From a virus, in IMG/VR virus record IMGVR_UViG_3300017685_000004, positions 1-40,216 of that record: 40,216 nucleotides of DNA; one strand, 5' to 3'. The position numbers were made by a program, and so were the translations under genes. The notes beneath the pieces were generated by a model. That model saw only the letters and a list, made by a program, of their open reading frames with translations. It was not told where the DNA came from and did no database searches. Position 1 is the stretch's first letter; every line of letters begins with the position of its first letter. Below, one piece after another: positions 29,931-39,344 of this stretch.

Positions 29931-31281
29931 GTACACCAACGCGGTCTATGTGCCGGCTGGTCATCACCAGCGCATTGCCGAGCAGCTGGAGGCCGTGGAG
30001 AGGGGCGACATTGACCGGCTGATGATCTTCATGCCGCCCCGCCACGGCAAGTCGGAACTGGCATCCAAGCGCTTCCCGGCGTGGTGCTTGGGCCGCGACC
30101 CAAAGCGCCAGATCATCGCTGCCAGTTACAACAGCGATCTCGCATCCGACTTCGGCCGCAACGTCCGCAATATCGTCGCAGCCCCGGAATTTGGGCAGGT
30201 GTTCACCGGCGTATCGCTGGCGCCTGATAGCCAAGCCGCCAATCGTATGAACACCAATCGCGGCGGGACTTATGTGGCCGCCGGCGTCGGGACGGCGGTT
30301 ACGGGGCGTGGTGCCGACATCGCGCTGATCGACGACCCCTTCAAGGATCGCGAGGAAGCCGACAGCGAGCGTCGACGCGAGACTGTGTGGGACTGGTATC
30401 GATCGACGCTCTACACCCGCCTGATGCCCGGTGGCGCTGTCGTGCTGATCCAGACACGCTGGCATGAGGATGATCTTGCCGGTCGACTGCTGGAGCATGA
30501 GGGCCGCGTTGAGGATGGTGGGCAATGGACCGTGCTGGACCTGCCTGCGATCGACGCGAGCGGTGCTGCGCTGTGGCCCGAATGGTACGATGTCCCTGCG
30601 CTCATGCGGATCAAGGACACGATCGGCCAGCGAGAGTGGTCTGCGCTCTATCAGCAGCAGCCCCAACCCGACGAAGGCACATACTTCCAGCGCGACTGGC
30701 TCCAGGAATGGACCACGCTGCCGCCTCTGAATTACTACGGCACCAGCGATTACGCTGTGACGGACGGCGCGGGCGATTACACCGTGCATCGCATCTGGGG
30801 CGTGGACCAGCACGGCACGATCTACCGTGTCGCAGGCTGGCGCGGGCAGTCGACGTCGGACGTGTGGATAGACCGCAAGATCGACCTGATCGAGAAGTGG
30901 AAGCCCCTCGCATGGTTCGGTGAGGCAGGCGTGATCCAGAAAGCGATCGAGCCGATGCTGCGGCGCCGGATGCTGGAGCGCAAAACCTTTTGCCGGCTGG
31001 AATGGCTGTCCAGCATCAGTGACAAGCCAACACGCGCCCGTGGCTTTCAAGCGCGGGCCGCGATGGGGAAGGTGCGCTTTGAGCCGGGCGCAGACGTCAG
31101 CGAGTATCTGATGTTCCCGGCCGGCAAGCATGACGACGACGTTGACACTGCGTCGCTGATCGGGCGGGCATTGGACGAGATGCACCCGGCGATCGTGCAG
31201 AAAAAGCCGCCTGACGATCACACGCCAAAGGACCGTTGGCACAAGAAGCCCAAGCAATCACCTGCTTCCGCATGGGGTTGA
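29812..31281 (+). CDS. terL: Terminase large subunit
   Basis: Walker A-like MPPRHGKSE, Walker B-like DIALIDDPF and the coupling motif IQTRWHEDD. Nuclease acidic residues lie in YGTSDYAV and GKHDDDVDTASL. ATG 29812 is the only ATG/GTG upstream of the conserved N-terminus. Confidence 0.85.
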   Translation: MTSLSSGSSASRRQSLLSSLAELETLRKQLARRRLLAFTEYTNAVYVPAGHHQRIAEQLEAVERGDIDRLMIFMPPRHGKSELASKRFPAWCLGRDPKRQIIAASYNSDLASDFGRNVRNIVAAPEFGQVFTGVSLAPDSQAANRMNTNRGGTYVAAGVGTAVTGRGADIALIDDPFKDREEADSERRRETVWDWYRSTLYTRLMPGGAVVLIQTRWHEDDLAGRLLEHEGRVEDGGQWTVLDLPAIDASGAALWPEWYDVPALMRIKDTIGQREWSALYQQQPQPDEGTYFQRDWLQEWTTLPPLNYYGTSDYAVTDGAGDYTVHRIWGVDQHGTIYRVAGWRGQSTSDVWIDRKIDLIEKWKPLAWFGEAGVIQKAIEPMLRRRMLERKTFCRLEWLSSISDKPTRARGFQARAAMGKVRFEPGADVSEYLMFPAGKHDDDVDTASLIGRALDEMHPAIVQKKPPDDHTPKDRWHKKPKQSPASAWG

Positions 31282-31301
31282 TCGCGTAAACTGCGCTCAT
31301 T

Positions 31302-31319
31302 CTATGCCTAAACGAGGGG
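31302..31319 (+). promoter_or_regulatory. Late intergenic motif copy: CTATGCCTAAACGAGGGG
   Basis: One of four copies of TATGCCTA followed by a G run. Here the G run doubles as the SD for the portal ATG at 31323. Confidence 0.5.
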
Positions 31320-31322
31320 CGC

Positions 31323-33314
31323 ATGATCGAGACTGCCGACGCACCGCTGCGCACCGCTCATGCTGTCGTGCCGCATGGCCAGATGAAGGGCGATGACGGG
31401 CATAGCGTCACCCCGGAAGGTCAGGGCCGCGATCCCGATGAGATGGAGCCGCCGAACGTCGAGCGGCTGGAGCGGATGTTTGATGAGGCGCGCGACCTCA
31501 CCGATCGAGCGCGGCGCGAACAGCAGATCGATCAGGATTATTACGATGGCCCGGCGCAGCTCAACAGCGAGGTGCGCACGATTCTGAAGGCGCGCGGCCA
31601 ACCCCCGATCTTCGACAACCGCATCGCGCCGGCGATCGATGGCATTCTAGGGGTAGTTGAGAGTGCGAAGGTTGATCCCCGTGCCTTCCCTCGCAACCCC
31701 GAGGATCAGGGCAGCGCCGATGTCGTGACCAAGACGCTGCGCTACACCGCTGACATCACCCGATGGCAGCAGGTAAAGCTCAACTGCGCTGAGGACTACC
31801 TGAAACAGGGGCTAACCGCCGCGATCGTTGAATGGGATGGCCGAGAGGTCCGCGTCGAGCAAATCCGCTGGGAGACATTCTTCTACGACCCCAAGAGTCG
31901 CAAGCATGACTTCAGCGATGCGAAGTACAAGGGCGTTGCCAAGTGGATGTACGCGGACGAGGTGCGGCAAGCATATCCCGAGCGTGCGAAGGCTATCGGC
32001 GACGTCTGCACGACCCGCGACAACAGCGCGGACGAGACGTGGGATGATCGCCCGACCGATCAAATCCGGTGGGTCGACAAGCGGCGCAACCGCGTGCTGG
32101 TCGTGGAAATATATTATCAGCATGGCAGCGAGTGGCTGCGTGCGGTCTTCTGTGCAGCTGGCTGGCTGGAGTACGGCAAGTCGCCCTACGTCAACGTTCT
32201 GACGGGCGAGACGCGGTGTCCGATCGAGGCGCAGAGCTTTAAGATCGATCGCGAGAACAACCGCTATGGGCCCATCCGCAACATGCGGCCTATGCAGGAC
32301 GAGGTGAACGCCCGCCGGTCGCGCGGCCTTCATCTGCTCAACAGCCGGCAGGTTCAGAACACCGACATGAACGCCCCGCCGGTAGACACCGACTTGGTGC
32401 GCGCCGAAATGGCTCGCGCTGATGGCGTCGTGCCAATGGGCTATCAGGCGGTGCCGACAACCGACATGGCAGCTGGCAACTTCAACATGCTCGCGGAGGC
32501 AAAGGAAAGTCTGTCACGCATGGTCCCGGTCGCACTGGCGCAGGACCTGCGCGAAGGATCGGCATCATCAGGGCGTGCCCGTCAGGTCGCACAGCAAGCA
32601 GGCCTGACGCAATTCGGGCGCGGCTTCGGGCGACTGGAGGATTTTGAGGAGCGCATTTACCGGCAGATGTGGATGGCGACGCAGCAGTTTCGCACTGATC
32701 CTTGGTACATCCGTGTCACAGACAACCCGCGCGCGCCGGAGTTCTTGCAGGTCAATATCCCTGTGATGGGCCAGGTCATGCAGCCGCAGCCCGTCACCGA
32801 TCCTGCCACCGGTCAGCCCATAATTGATCCCGCTACCGGGCAGCCTGCAATGCAGATGGTGCCCGGCATCGGCCAAGTCGGCGTCGACAAGCAAATCAGC
32901 GCGATGGACATGGATATCATCATCGGCACCACCCCCGATACGATCGCGCTGGAGCAGGAGGTGTTCGACAGTCTGATGGAGCTGGTGCGCGGTGGTGTTG
33001 ATCCCTTCTCGCCACAGTTTGAATTGCTGATCGAGATGTCGCCGCTGCCTGACAAGGTGCGCATCTTGGAGCGTCTGAAGTCTTTCCGTGAGGAGGTGCA
33101 GCAGCAACAGGCGCAGGCCATGCAGCAGCAACAGGAGATGCAGGCGCGCGCGCAGCAAATCGGCGAAGCGCAGGCGCAGGCTGATATCCAGGCCAAGACG
33201 GCAAATGCCGCACTGACTGACGCCAAGACCATGCAGACACGGGTCGAGACAGAGAAGTCGGCGCTCGATGGGCTGTTGGCCAATCATCTGGAAGATCAGC
33301 AACAGGCTGCTTGA
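31323..33314 (+). CDS. Portal protein with a Gln-rich C-terminal coiled coil
   Basis: 663 codons directly after TerL. Contains the YYDGPAQLN...ARGQPPIFDNRIAP block. The C-terminal QQQQAQAMQQQQEMQARAQQIGEAQAQADIQAK helix is reminiscent of the P22 portal barrel. Confidence 0.75.
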   Translation: MIETADAPLRTAHAVVPHGQMKGDDGHSVTPEGQGRDPDEMEPPNVERLERMFDEARDLTDRARREQQIDQDYYDGPAQLNSEVRTILKARGQPPIFDNRIAPAIDGILGVVESAKVDPRAFPRNPEDQGSADVVTKTLRYTADITRWQQVKLNCAEDYLKQGLTAAIVEWDGREVRVEQIRWETFFYDPKSRKHDFSDAKYKGVAKWMYADEVRQAYPERAKAIGDVCTTRDNSADETWDDRPTDQIRWVDKRRNRVLVVEIYYQHGSEWLRAVFCAAGWLEYGKSPYVNVLTGETRCPIEAQSFKIDRENNRYGPIRNMRPMQDEVNARRSRGLHLLNSRQVQNTDMNAPPVDTDLVRAEMARADGVVPMGYQAVPTTDMAAGNFNMLAEAKESLSRMVPVALAQDLREGSASSGRARQVAQQAGLTQFGRGFGRLEDFEERIYRQMWMATQQFRTDPWYIRVTDNPRAPEFLQVNIPVMGQVMQPQPVTDPATGQPIIDPATGQPAMQMVPGIGQVGVDKQISAMDMDIIIGTTPDTIALEQEVFDSLMELVRGGVDPFSPQFELLIEMSPLPDKVRILERLKSFREEVQQQQAQAMQQQQEMQARAQQIGEAQAQADIQAKTANAALTDAKTMQTRVETEKSALDGLLANHLEDQQQAA

Positions 33315-33340
33315 CGGCGCCTCAGCCCCCTTCGGACAAT
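33311..33340 (+). promoter_or_regulatory. Candidate sigma70-type promoter: TTGACG-N18-GACAAT
   Basis: Read directly. It lies 11 nt upstream of late motif copy 3. Confidence 0.3.
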
Positions 33341-33350
33341 ACATCAGCAC

Positions 33351-33367
33351 CTATGCCTAAATAGGGG
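33351..33367 (+). promoter_or_regulatory. Late intergenic motif copy: CTATGCCTAAATAGGGG
   Basis: It lies 114 nt upstream of the scaffold ATG, so here it is not acting as an SD. Confidence 0.5.
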
Positions 33368-33382
33368 CCGCTGCCGCCGAGC

Positions 33383-33466
33383 ATACGGGCGACACGGGTT
33401 CCCTGCCCCGCGAAAACAGGGTGGCCGCCGCACCGGGCGTGTCGTTGTCGTCCACGATACGGGCGA
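33383..33466 (+). repeat. Direct repeat ATACGGGCGA (33383..33392 and 33457..33466) in the scaffold leader
   Basis: Two exact 10-mers bracket the GC-rich hairpin candidate CCCTG-N11-CAGGG. Confidence 0.5.
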
Positions 33467-33480
33467 GAGGGGTAAGGATC

Positions 33481-34245
33481 ATGGCCGAAGATCACGACGC
33501 ACTGTTCAGTGACGATCTGGAGGAAGCTCCGGAAGCCGAACTGCCGGTCGAGCAGCCTGAGGCGGAAGCGCCTGAGGCGGTTGAGCCGGAGCAGCAGCCT
33601 GCGCCTGAACCCGAAGCCGAGCCGGCACCGCAACAGCAGCAGCGTCCCGACGCGGGGTATGTCCCGATCGGCGCGGTTCTGGATGAGCGGGAGAAGCGCA
33701 AAGACCTGGAACGCCGGCTGGCGGAATATGAGCGTCAGCAGCAGTCTCAGGCACCTGATCCCTTCGATGATCCACAGGCGTTCGCCCAGCACCAGCAGGG
33801 ACTCGTGCAGCAGGCCATCATCCGCGATCGGTTTGAGCGATCCAACGAGGATGCGGTCGAGAAGTACGGGGAGGATGAGGTTCGCAAGGCCATCGAGTGG
33901 GCCACGGGCCGGGCGCAAGCCAATCCGTCCTTTGCCACCGAGTACATGGGCAAGACGCGGCCTGTTCAGTGGATCGTCCAGCAACACCAGCGCGACGCAC
34001 TGATGTCCGACATCGGCGACCCGAGCAAACTGGATGACTGGTTCGCACGCGAAGCCGCCAAGCGTGGATACGCAATGCCGAGCGCCACGACCGCAGCGGC
34101 TGCCTCTCAGGTGGCCACCCCGCATCAGGCGACCCCGCCTGTGAAGGTCCCGCGAAGCCTCGCGACGCAAGGGTCTGGCCCTAGCGATGTACGCGATGTT
34201 GCGACTGGTGCCCTTGCAGCCGTGGACGCCGCATTTCCTCAGTGA
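33481..34245 (+). CDS. Scaffolding protein candidate
   Basis: ATG after AGAGGGGTAAGGA. Acidic, Pro/Glu/Ala/Gln-rich N-terminus with helical character. It lies between the portal and capsid genes. Confidence 0.6.
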   Translation: MAEDHDALFSDDLEEAPEAELPVEQPEAEAPEAVEPEQQPAPEPEAEPAPQQQQRPDAGYVPIGAVLDEREKRKDLERRLAEYERQQQSQAPDPFDDPQAFAQHQQGLVQQAIIRDRFERSNEDAVEKYGEDEVRKAIEWATGRAQANPSFATEYMGKTRPVQWIVQQHQRDALMSDIGDPSKLDDWFAREAAKRGYAMPSATTAAAASQVATPHQATPPVKVPRSLATQGSGPSDVRDVATGALAAVDAAFPQ

Positions 34246-34253
34246 GGTGACAA

Positions 34254-35384
34254 GTGGCTGAAGTACAACTTGCGAGCGTGAATGAGATCACGCTGTGGAA
34301 GAAGGATTACCTGACCTCCTATGTCCGCGCGTCCGGCTTTATGCCGTACATGGGGCGCGGCGAATCCTCGATCATCCGCATCCTGCGCGATCTGTCGACG
34401 CAGGCCGGCACGTCGATTATCGTCCCCCTGATCCTCGAACTCAACGGTCGCGGCGTTGAAGGTGCCGAGGTGCTGGAGGGCAACGAGGAGGAGATGGAGA
34501 ATGTGGGCGATCAGGTCCGCATCAACTGGCTCCGCAATGGCGTCGTCGTGCCGAAGTCGACCAGCTTCCGTACCGAGATGGACCTACTCGGCGCGGCTCG
34601 CGAGCGCCTGAAGACGTGGAGCAAGGTGCAGCTGCGCAACGCGATCATCAACGCCTTCAAGTCGGTGATCGTGCCGGGCGTGATCGACGCGGACGGCAAC
34701 CCGCTGGCGGACACCGCCGTCCGCTACGAGAACTCGACGGCAGCGCAGCGCAACACCTTCCTCCAGAACAATCTGGACCGGATGCTGTTCGGCAACGCCT
34801 ATGCCAACTCGGCGTCAGGCAACTGGGCAACCTCGCTCGGCAACGTCGACAGCGTGAACGACAAGATGTCTGCGCAGGTCATTCAGGCGGCGAAGTCGCT
34901 GGCCAAGCGGACGACCAACGCGACCAACGGCATGTCGATCAACCCGTATCAGGCGGACGCGACTGCGGGCCGTGAATGGTATGTGATGTTCATGGGGTCG
35001 GACGACTTCAACAACGCCAGCCGTGATCCGGTGATCTATACCGCTGACAAGGATGCGCGCGAGCGTGGCGTCGACAACAACCCGATCTTTCAGGGCGGCG
35101 ACCGCATCTATGACGGCGTGATCCTACGCGAGATTCCCGAACTGACGCCGATCGCCGGCGCCGGTGCATCGGGCGTCGACGTGGGCCGCTCGTTCCTGTG
35201 CGGCGCATCGGCGCTGTCGGTCGCATGGGGGCAGGACCCGACGCCCAAGACGGATCGTGATCGTGACTATGGCTTCCGGCCTGGTGTCGCGATTGAGGAA
35301 CTGCGCGGTCAGAAAAAGACCTCGTTCAAGGGCACCAACTTCGGCGCGGTCGAGGTGTTCACCGCTGCCGTGCCGGTCGCATAA
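34254..35384 (+). CDS. Major capsid protein (resembles the N4-gp56/DUF4043-type family)
   Basis: 376 codons in the right position. The N-terminal pattern W.K....Y......F.PYMG....III...L...G......L.L.GRGVEG.EVLEGNEEEM recalls that family. GTG start after GAGGTGA. Confidence 0.7.
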   Translation: MAEVQLASVNEITLWKKDYLTSYVRASGFMPYMGRGESSIIRILRDLSTQAGTSIIVPLILELNGRGVEGAEVLEGNEEEMENVGDQVRINWLRNGVVVPKSTSFRTEMDLLGAARERLKTWSKVQLRNAIINAFKSVIVPGVIDADGNPLADTAVRYENSTAAQRNTFLQNNLDRMLFGNAYANSASGNWATSLGNVDSVNDKMSAQVIQAAKSLAKRTTNATNGMSINPYQADATAGREWYVMFMGSDDFNNASRDPVIYTADKDARERGVDNNPIFQGGDRIYDGVILREIPELTPIAGAGASGVDVGRSFLCGASALSVAWGQDPTPKTDRDRDYGFRPGVAIEELRGQKKTSFKGTNFGAVEVFTAAVPVA

Positions 35385-35396
35385 GGAGACGGAAAC

Positions 35397-35834
35397 GTGG
35401 CTATCAAGCAATCCATCCAGATGACGCCGCCCAAGTTTCCCGTCTCGGGGCCGGGCATCGGCGGGCGTTCGATCAAGGTCGAGCGTGCCGAATACAATGC
35501 CGCCACGCAGGGCGCGGTCGCGGCTGGCGATACCGTGCAGCTGTTCAAGCTACATCCGGGGTTCCGCGTCACCAGCGGCTTTATCCAAGTGAAGAACGGC
35601 GGGCTGGGCGCGGGCGTGACGGCGACTGTGGGCGATACGGCGGTGCCTGACCGCTACTTCGCCTCCAGCTCGCTCGCTGCTGTCGGAACCACCACTGCCA
35701 TCGCCGAGACGGGGCGCGACTATCTGACGCCGCGCGCCTACACCATCGTCAACCTCAACGTCGCCGGCGCGACGACCAACACTACCGGTTCGGTCGTCGT
35801 CGAAATTCACGGCTACATCGAGGAACCGGCATAA
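35397..35834 (+). CDS. Capsid decoration/cement protein candidate
   Basis: GTG start after AAGGAG. 145 aa, beta-rich, directly after the capsid gene. Confidence 0.4.
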   Translation: MAIKQSIQMTPPKFPVSGPGIGGRSIKVERAEYNAATQGAVAAGDTVQLFKLHPGFRVTSGFIQVKNGGLGAGVTATVGDTAVPDRYFASSSLAAVGTTTAIAETGRDYLTPRAYTIVNLNVAGATTNTTGSVVVEIHGYIEEPA

Positions 35835-36157
35835 TGGCCAAGTTCACATGGCTCGGGGATGGTGATCCCGAGGCACAGGACATCACCCTGTTCGGGCACG
35901 TTTTCGTGAAGGGGGAGTCGGTCAATGTCACGGACAAGAATGTGGCCGAGAAGCTGGCCGGCAACCCGATGTTCACGACCGAAAAGGCGGACCCGACGCC
36001 GGCAGATGAGCCGACCTCCGAAGAGCTGGCCGATCGTGCCGATGAAGGCACCGAAAAGGGCGCTCTCAAGGCCCGGCTGAAGGGACTCGGCGTGACGATC
36101 ACTGGCAATCCCAGCATCGATACGCTGCGCAACAAGCTGGTCGAAGCGACCCGCTGA
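35834..36157 (+). CDS. Head-module protein with a C-terminal HeH/SAP-like motif
   Basis: TAATG overlap. The motif is LKARLKGLGVTITGNPSIDTLRNKLVEA. Confidence 0.45.
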   Translation: MAKFTWLGDGDPEAQDITLFGHVFVKGESVNVTDKNVAEKLAGNPMFTTEKADPTPADEPTSEELADRADEGTEKGALKARLKGLGVTITGNPSIDTLRNKLVEATR

Positions 36158-36840
36158 TGGCGACCTGCCGCCACATCGTGAACAGCGCTCTCCGCAAGCT
36201 GGGTAGGCTTGGCGGTGGGCGCGAGCCACGCACGGCGGATAGCACGGAAGCGCTGGCTGCGCTCCAAGGGCTGTATGGCTCCTGGATCGCATCCGGCGCT
36301 TTCGGGCGATTGGAAGACGTGATCCCGACCGGCAGCACTTTCACCGCATCTGGCGGCCAGCGAATCATCCGCAATGGCCCTGACCTGGAGGTGTCGCTGC
36401 CCGAAGCAATCTCGGATGGCTGGGTCAACGATTACGGCACACCACGACGTGGCTACTACGGCACCGTCGTCAAGATTTCGACCGAGGGCGACAACATCAT
36501 CGTGGACGTCGAGGCATCGCAGCCGATGGGCTGCGTGCTGCCTCCGCGCGATGGATCGCCGGTCATTATCACCGATCGCGAAGGCGGCCAGACGGCAGCA
36601 TGGCTGTACGATGGCACGCTGAAGGCTTGGCAACGGGTGGATGCGCTACAGCTTGACCTAGAGGCGCCGCGAACAGCAGCTGATCCAGAGGGGCTGGCGG
36701 CTACGCTGGCGCTGGAAATTGCAGACACGTTCGGCGCGGAGGTCGGGCCTGCGACCAATCGGCAAGCCATCCGATTCCAGACGGCCATGACGCATCGCTA
36801 CGGGATGCGTCGCGAGGCTACGGCGGGAGTGTATTTCTGA
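36157..36840 (+). CDS. Head-to-tail adaptor, P22 gp4-like
   Basis: HIVNSALRKLGRLGGGREPRTADSTEALAALQGLYGSW parallels P22 gp4 [40 protein letters not shown] (from memory). Confidence 0.6.
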   Translation: MATCRHIVNSALRKLGRLGGGREPRTADSTEALAALQGLYGSWIASGAFGRLEDVIPTGSTFTASGGQRIIRNGPDLEVSLPEAISDGWVNDYGTPRRGYYGTVVKISTEGDNIIVDVEASQPMGCVLPPRDGSPVIITDREGGQTAAWLYDGTLKAWQRVDALQLDLEAPRTAADPEGLAATLALEIADTFGAEVGPATNRQAIRFQTAMTHRYGMRREATAGVYF

Positions 36841-37139
36841 TGAGCGTGACGCTTAGCCGCAGTCTGAACGCGGCCCCAGTCTATATCGTCAACAGCGACG
36901 GGCAGGATGTGAACTTCATCCAGTTGCTGTCCAATCTATCATTGGCCGGAGGGTCGGCAACGGGCGATCTGGACACGAATGGCAGCCCCGTGCCGACCAA
37001 CAAGGCGCATACCTACACCTACGACGATAGCGGAAACCTCTCCACAGATACGGTGACGGATGGCGTAGGGACGTGGCGTCGAACGTACACCTATACCCCA
37101 TCTGGCCCTGCATCTGACAGCGGGTGGGTCAAGCAATGA
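36840..37139 (+). CDS. Hypothetical small protein with a YD-repeat-like segment
   Basis: Contains YTYDDSGNLSTDTVTDGVGTWRRTYTY. Overlaps both neighbours. Confidence 0.45.
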   Translation: MSVTLSRSLNAAPVYIVNSDGQDVNFIQLLSNLSLAGGSATGDLDTNGSPVPTNKAHTYTYDDSGNLSTDTVTDGVGTWRRTYTYTPSGPASDSGWVKQ

Positions 37140-37540
37140 GTCTTTCTCCGAACCGCGTCATCGCGTTCATGCGCAATGGCGATATCAAGCCGGTGGTGAC
37201 GCCGATCCGCATGGTCCCGGTTGCGACGAAGACGGCACCGAATGGGGCTGATGATCTCATCGCGGCGAATGTGACGGCGTTCACCGTGACCAATCCGAAT
37301 CCGTTCGCTGTATGGTTTAAGGGGTGGATCGGTGCTGCAAACGCAATGACGACGCCGCTTGCTGACGGCAATTATATCGCGCCTGGTGCCACGGTCACAC
37401 AGTCCAGTACCCGGCCTGATTATATCACCGCCATGCCGGCGGATAGCCTGCTGGCGCCGATCTACGCCGCAGATGGTACGACGCTGCTCTACGATATGAG
37501 CAAGGCCTATCTGGTGTTTGTGTTTGGAAGCGGACTGTGA
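37136..37540 (+). CDS. Hypothetical beta-rich virion protein (134 aa)
   Basis: ATGA overlap; internal ATG of track ORF 37124..37540. Confidence 0.45.
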   Translation: MSLSPNRVIAFMRNGDIKPVVTPIRMVPVATKTAPNGADDLIAANVTAFTVTNPNPFAVWFKGWIGAANAMTTPLADGNYIAPGATVTQSSTRPDYITAMPADSLLAPIYAADGTTLLYDMSKAYLVFVFGSGL

Positions 37541-38028
37541 CGGTCAAAGGCGGCGGCTTCAGCGCCCCCGGTAAAACCGGTCCACAAGGTGCAAAAGGAG
37601 ACAAGGGCGATGCCGGTGCTACGGGTGCGATCGGTCCCGCAGGATCGGCAGCGTCTGCCACTCCGCTAGGCACCACGCCCGCCCTCGCCCTCGCCACCAC
37701 AGCATCCGCCGGCACCTCGACCAGCGCCGCCCGCGAGGATCACGTCCACCCTCTGCCCTCCGGGCGCCTAGCCCTGATCGGCACCTACAGCGTAGGTGAG
37801 GCAGGGCTGGTCACTGTCGCGCTAGCCGTGCGCCGCTATAGCCTGACGGTGACGGGCGTCACGACCACGGACCGCCTTGTCGTCACGCTTAACGGCATCC
37901 CCCAGAATGGCAGCTTGCAAGACGTGTACGTCAGCGCGGCGAATACGCTGTCTGTCGGCGCGCTGGTGCCAACCTTGGGCGTTGCTGCGACCGTCGCTGT
38001 TCCCATCGCTGTTTATAAGGTCGTCTGA
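37537..38028 (+). CDS. Collagen-like tail fibre protein
   Basis: Eight G-X-Y triplets (GKTGPQGAKGDKGDAGATGAIGPAG) are followed by SAAREDHVHP, a motif common after fibre collagen stalks. GTGA overlap. Confidence 0.6.
   Translation: MTVKGGGFSAPGKTGPQGAKGDKGDAGATGAIGPAGSAASATPLGTTPALALATTASAGTSTSAAREDHVHPLPSGRLALIGTYSVGEAGLVTVALAVRRYSLTVTGVTTTDRLVVTLNGIPQNGSLQDVYVSAANTLSVGALVPTLGVAATVAVPIAVYKVV
37570..37644 (+). repeat. Collagen-like G-X-Y coding repeat
   Basis: Codons 12..36 of the fibre gene. Confidence 0.8.
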
Positions 38029-39344
38029 TGCCTGCCATCCCGCTCGGCATCGGCAGCTACAAGCGCAGCGACGGCCTTGTGCCCGAGGTGGTACTGCGCA
38101 ACTTTTACCTGGAGGAAGACAAGAGCGGGATCAGCCCTGACAAAGTGCTGCGCATCCAGCGCCCCGGCCTGAAGCGCTTAGACGATCGCACGGACCGGAT
38201 ACGCGGTCTGCACTATCGCACGTCGACGGGCGAACGTCTCTCTGTGGCCGGAGATGTGTTGTATTCAGGCGCTATCGGCAAGGGAGCGGTGCCTGGTAGG
38301 CTGCCGACCGCGCTGGTTTCCACGCCCTTTGCCACGCTGATCGCCAGCGACGGCAAGGCGTATCTCTACAATACTACGATTGCCGCCCTGCCCTTACCTA
38401 GCGACGCCCCATCTGGCGGCTATGTGCAAGACGTCGAGCAGCTAAACGCTTACGCCATCATCCTGCTGCCCAACGGACGGTTCTACTGGCTGGTGCCTGG
38501 CAAGACCGCGATTGAGGCACTGGACTATGCCACGGCGGAAAGCCTGCCCGACAAAGCAGTGGCGGTGCGCCGGCTGGGCGACGAGTTCTGGATATTTGGC
38601 ACGCAGAACGTCGAGGTATGGCAAGCAACGGGTGATCTGGATGCCCCGTTCCAGCGCGCTTCGGGCCGTAATTTTGAGCGCGGCTGCATTGGTCGGGATG
38701 CGGTGCGGCGGTTCGATAATACCCTCGTATGGGTCGGTGACGACTGCCAAGTATATCGCGCCTCATCTGTGCCCCAAGTTATCAGCGATCCCGGCATCGC
38801 CGAGCGCATCCGCAAGCGGACCAGCGACTGCTCGGCATGGACGTTCGGTCTGGATGGCCACAGCTTCTATGTCCTGACAATACCCGGCCAGGGCGTATTC
38901 GCCTTTGACGCATCCACGCAGGCGTGGAGTGAGTTCACATGGCCGGCCGGCTATGGCTATCAGGAAGCGGGCCAGATCATCGCAGGATCGGCCGTGGATG
39001 GTCGACTGTGGACTGTGGATGCCGATGCACTGACCGATGACGGCGCGGTATTCGAGCGCACCGTGACGGCGACGATCCCGGTCATGGGCAAGCCGCCTCG
39101 CAATGACAGCGTGTCGATCGGCGTCGGCTCCAGCGACACTACGACGATCCGCCTGCGCTGGAAGGATGGACAGGACGACTTTCCTGACTATCACGAGGAG
39201 CTGACTGCTGCGGCGCCGATGGACGTCGCGCAGATGTGGCGGCTTGGGATGCCGGATCAGCCCTATCGCACCTTCGAGGTGAGCTGCGTCGAGCCGGTCC
39301 GCATTCGCATTGCGGGCATGATGGCGAATGAGGGTTGGTCCTGA
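38028..39344 (+). CDS. Tail hub protein, P22 gp10-like
   Basis: MPAIPLGIGSYKRSDGLVPEVVLRNFYLEE...LRIQRPGL parallels the P22 gp10 N-terminus MPIQQLPLMKGVGKDF.NADYIDYLPVNMLA...LRSFPGI (from memory). Size and position also fit. Confidence 0.55.
   Translation: MPAIPLGIGSYKRSDGLVPEVVLRNFYLEEDKSGISPDKVLRIQRPGLKRLDDRTDRIRGLHYRTSTGERLSVAGDVLYSGAIGKGAVPGRLPTALVSTPFATLIASDGKAYLYNTTIAALPLPSDAPSGGYVQDVEQLNAYAIILLPNGRFYWLVPGKTAIEALDYATAESLPDKAVAVRRLGDEFWIFGTQNVEVWQATGDLDAPFQRASGRNFERGCIGRDAVRRFDNTLVWVGDDCQVYRASSVPQVISDPGIAERIRKRTSDCSAWTFGLDGHSFYVLTIPGQGVFAFDASTQAWSEFTWPAGYGYQEAGQIIAGSAVDGRLWTVDADALTDDGAVFERTVTATIPVMGKPPRNDSVSIGVGSSDTTTIRLRWKDGQDDFPDYHEELTAAAPMDVAQMWRLGMPDQPYRTFEVSCVEPVRIRIAGMMANEGWS

Noticed and set aside
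29842-31257. A 471-aa ORF on the - strand antisense to the large terminase
   Set aside because: Same reasoning as above. The + strand product has Walker and nuclease motifs, while the antisense product is Arg/Pro/Leu-rich junk.
36797-36813. An operator-like GCTACG-GGATG-CGTCGC inside the gp4-like gene (and another GCTACG at 36817)
   Set aside because: One arm is imperfect, it lies deep in a late structural gene far from any promoter, and it is plausibly chance in codons for RYGMRR.
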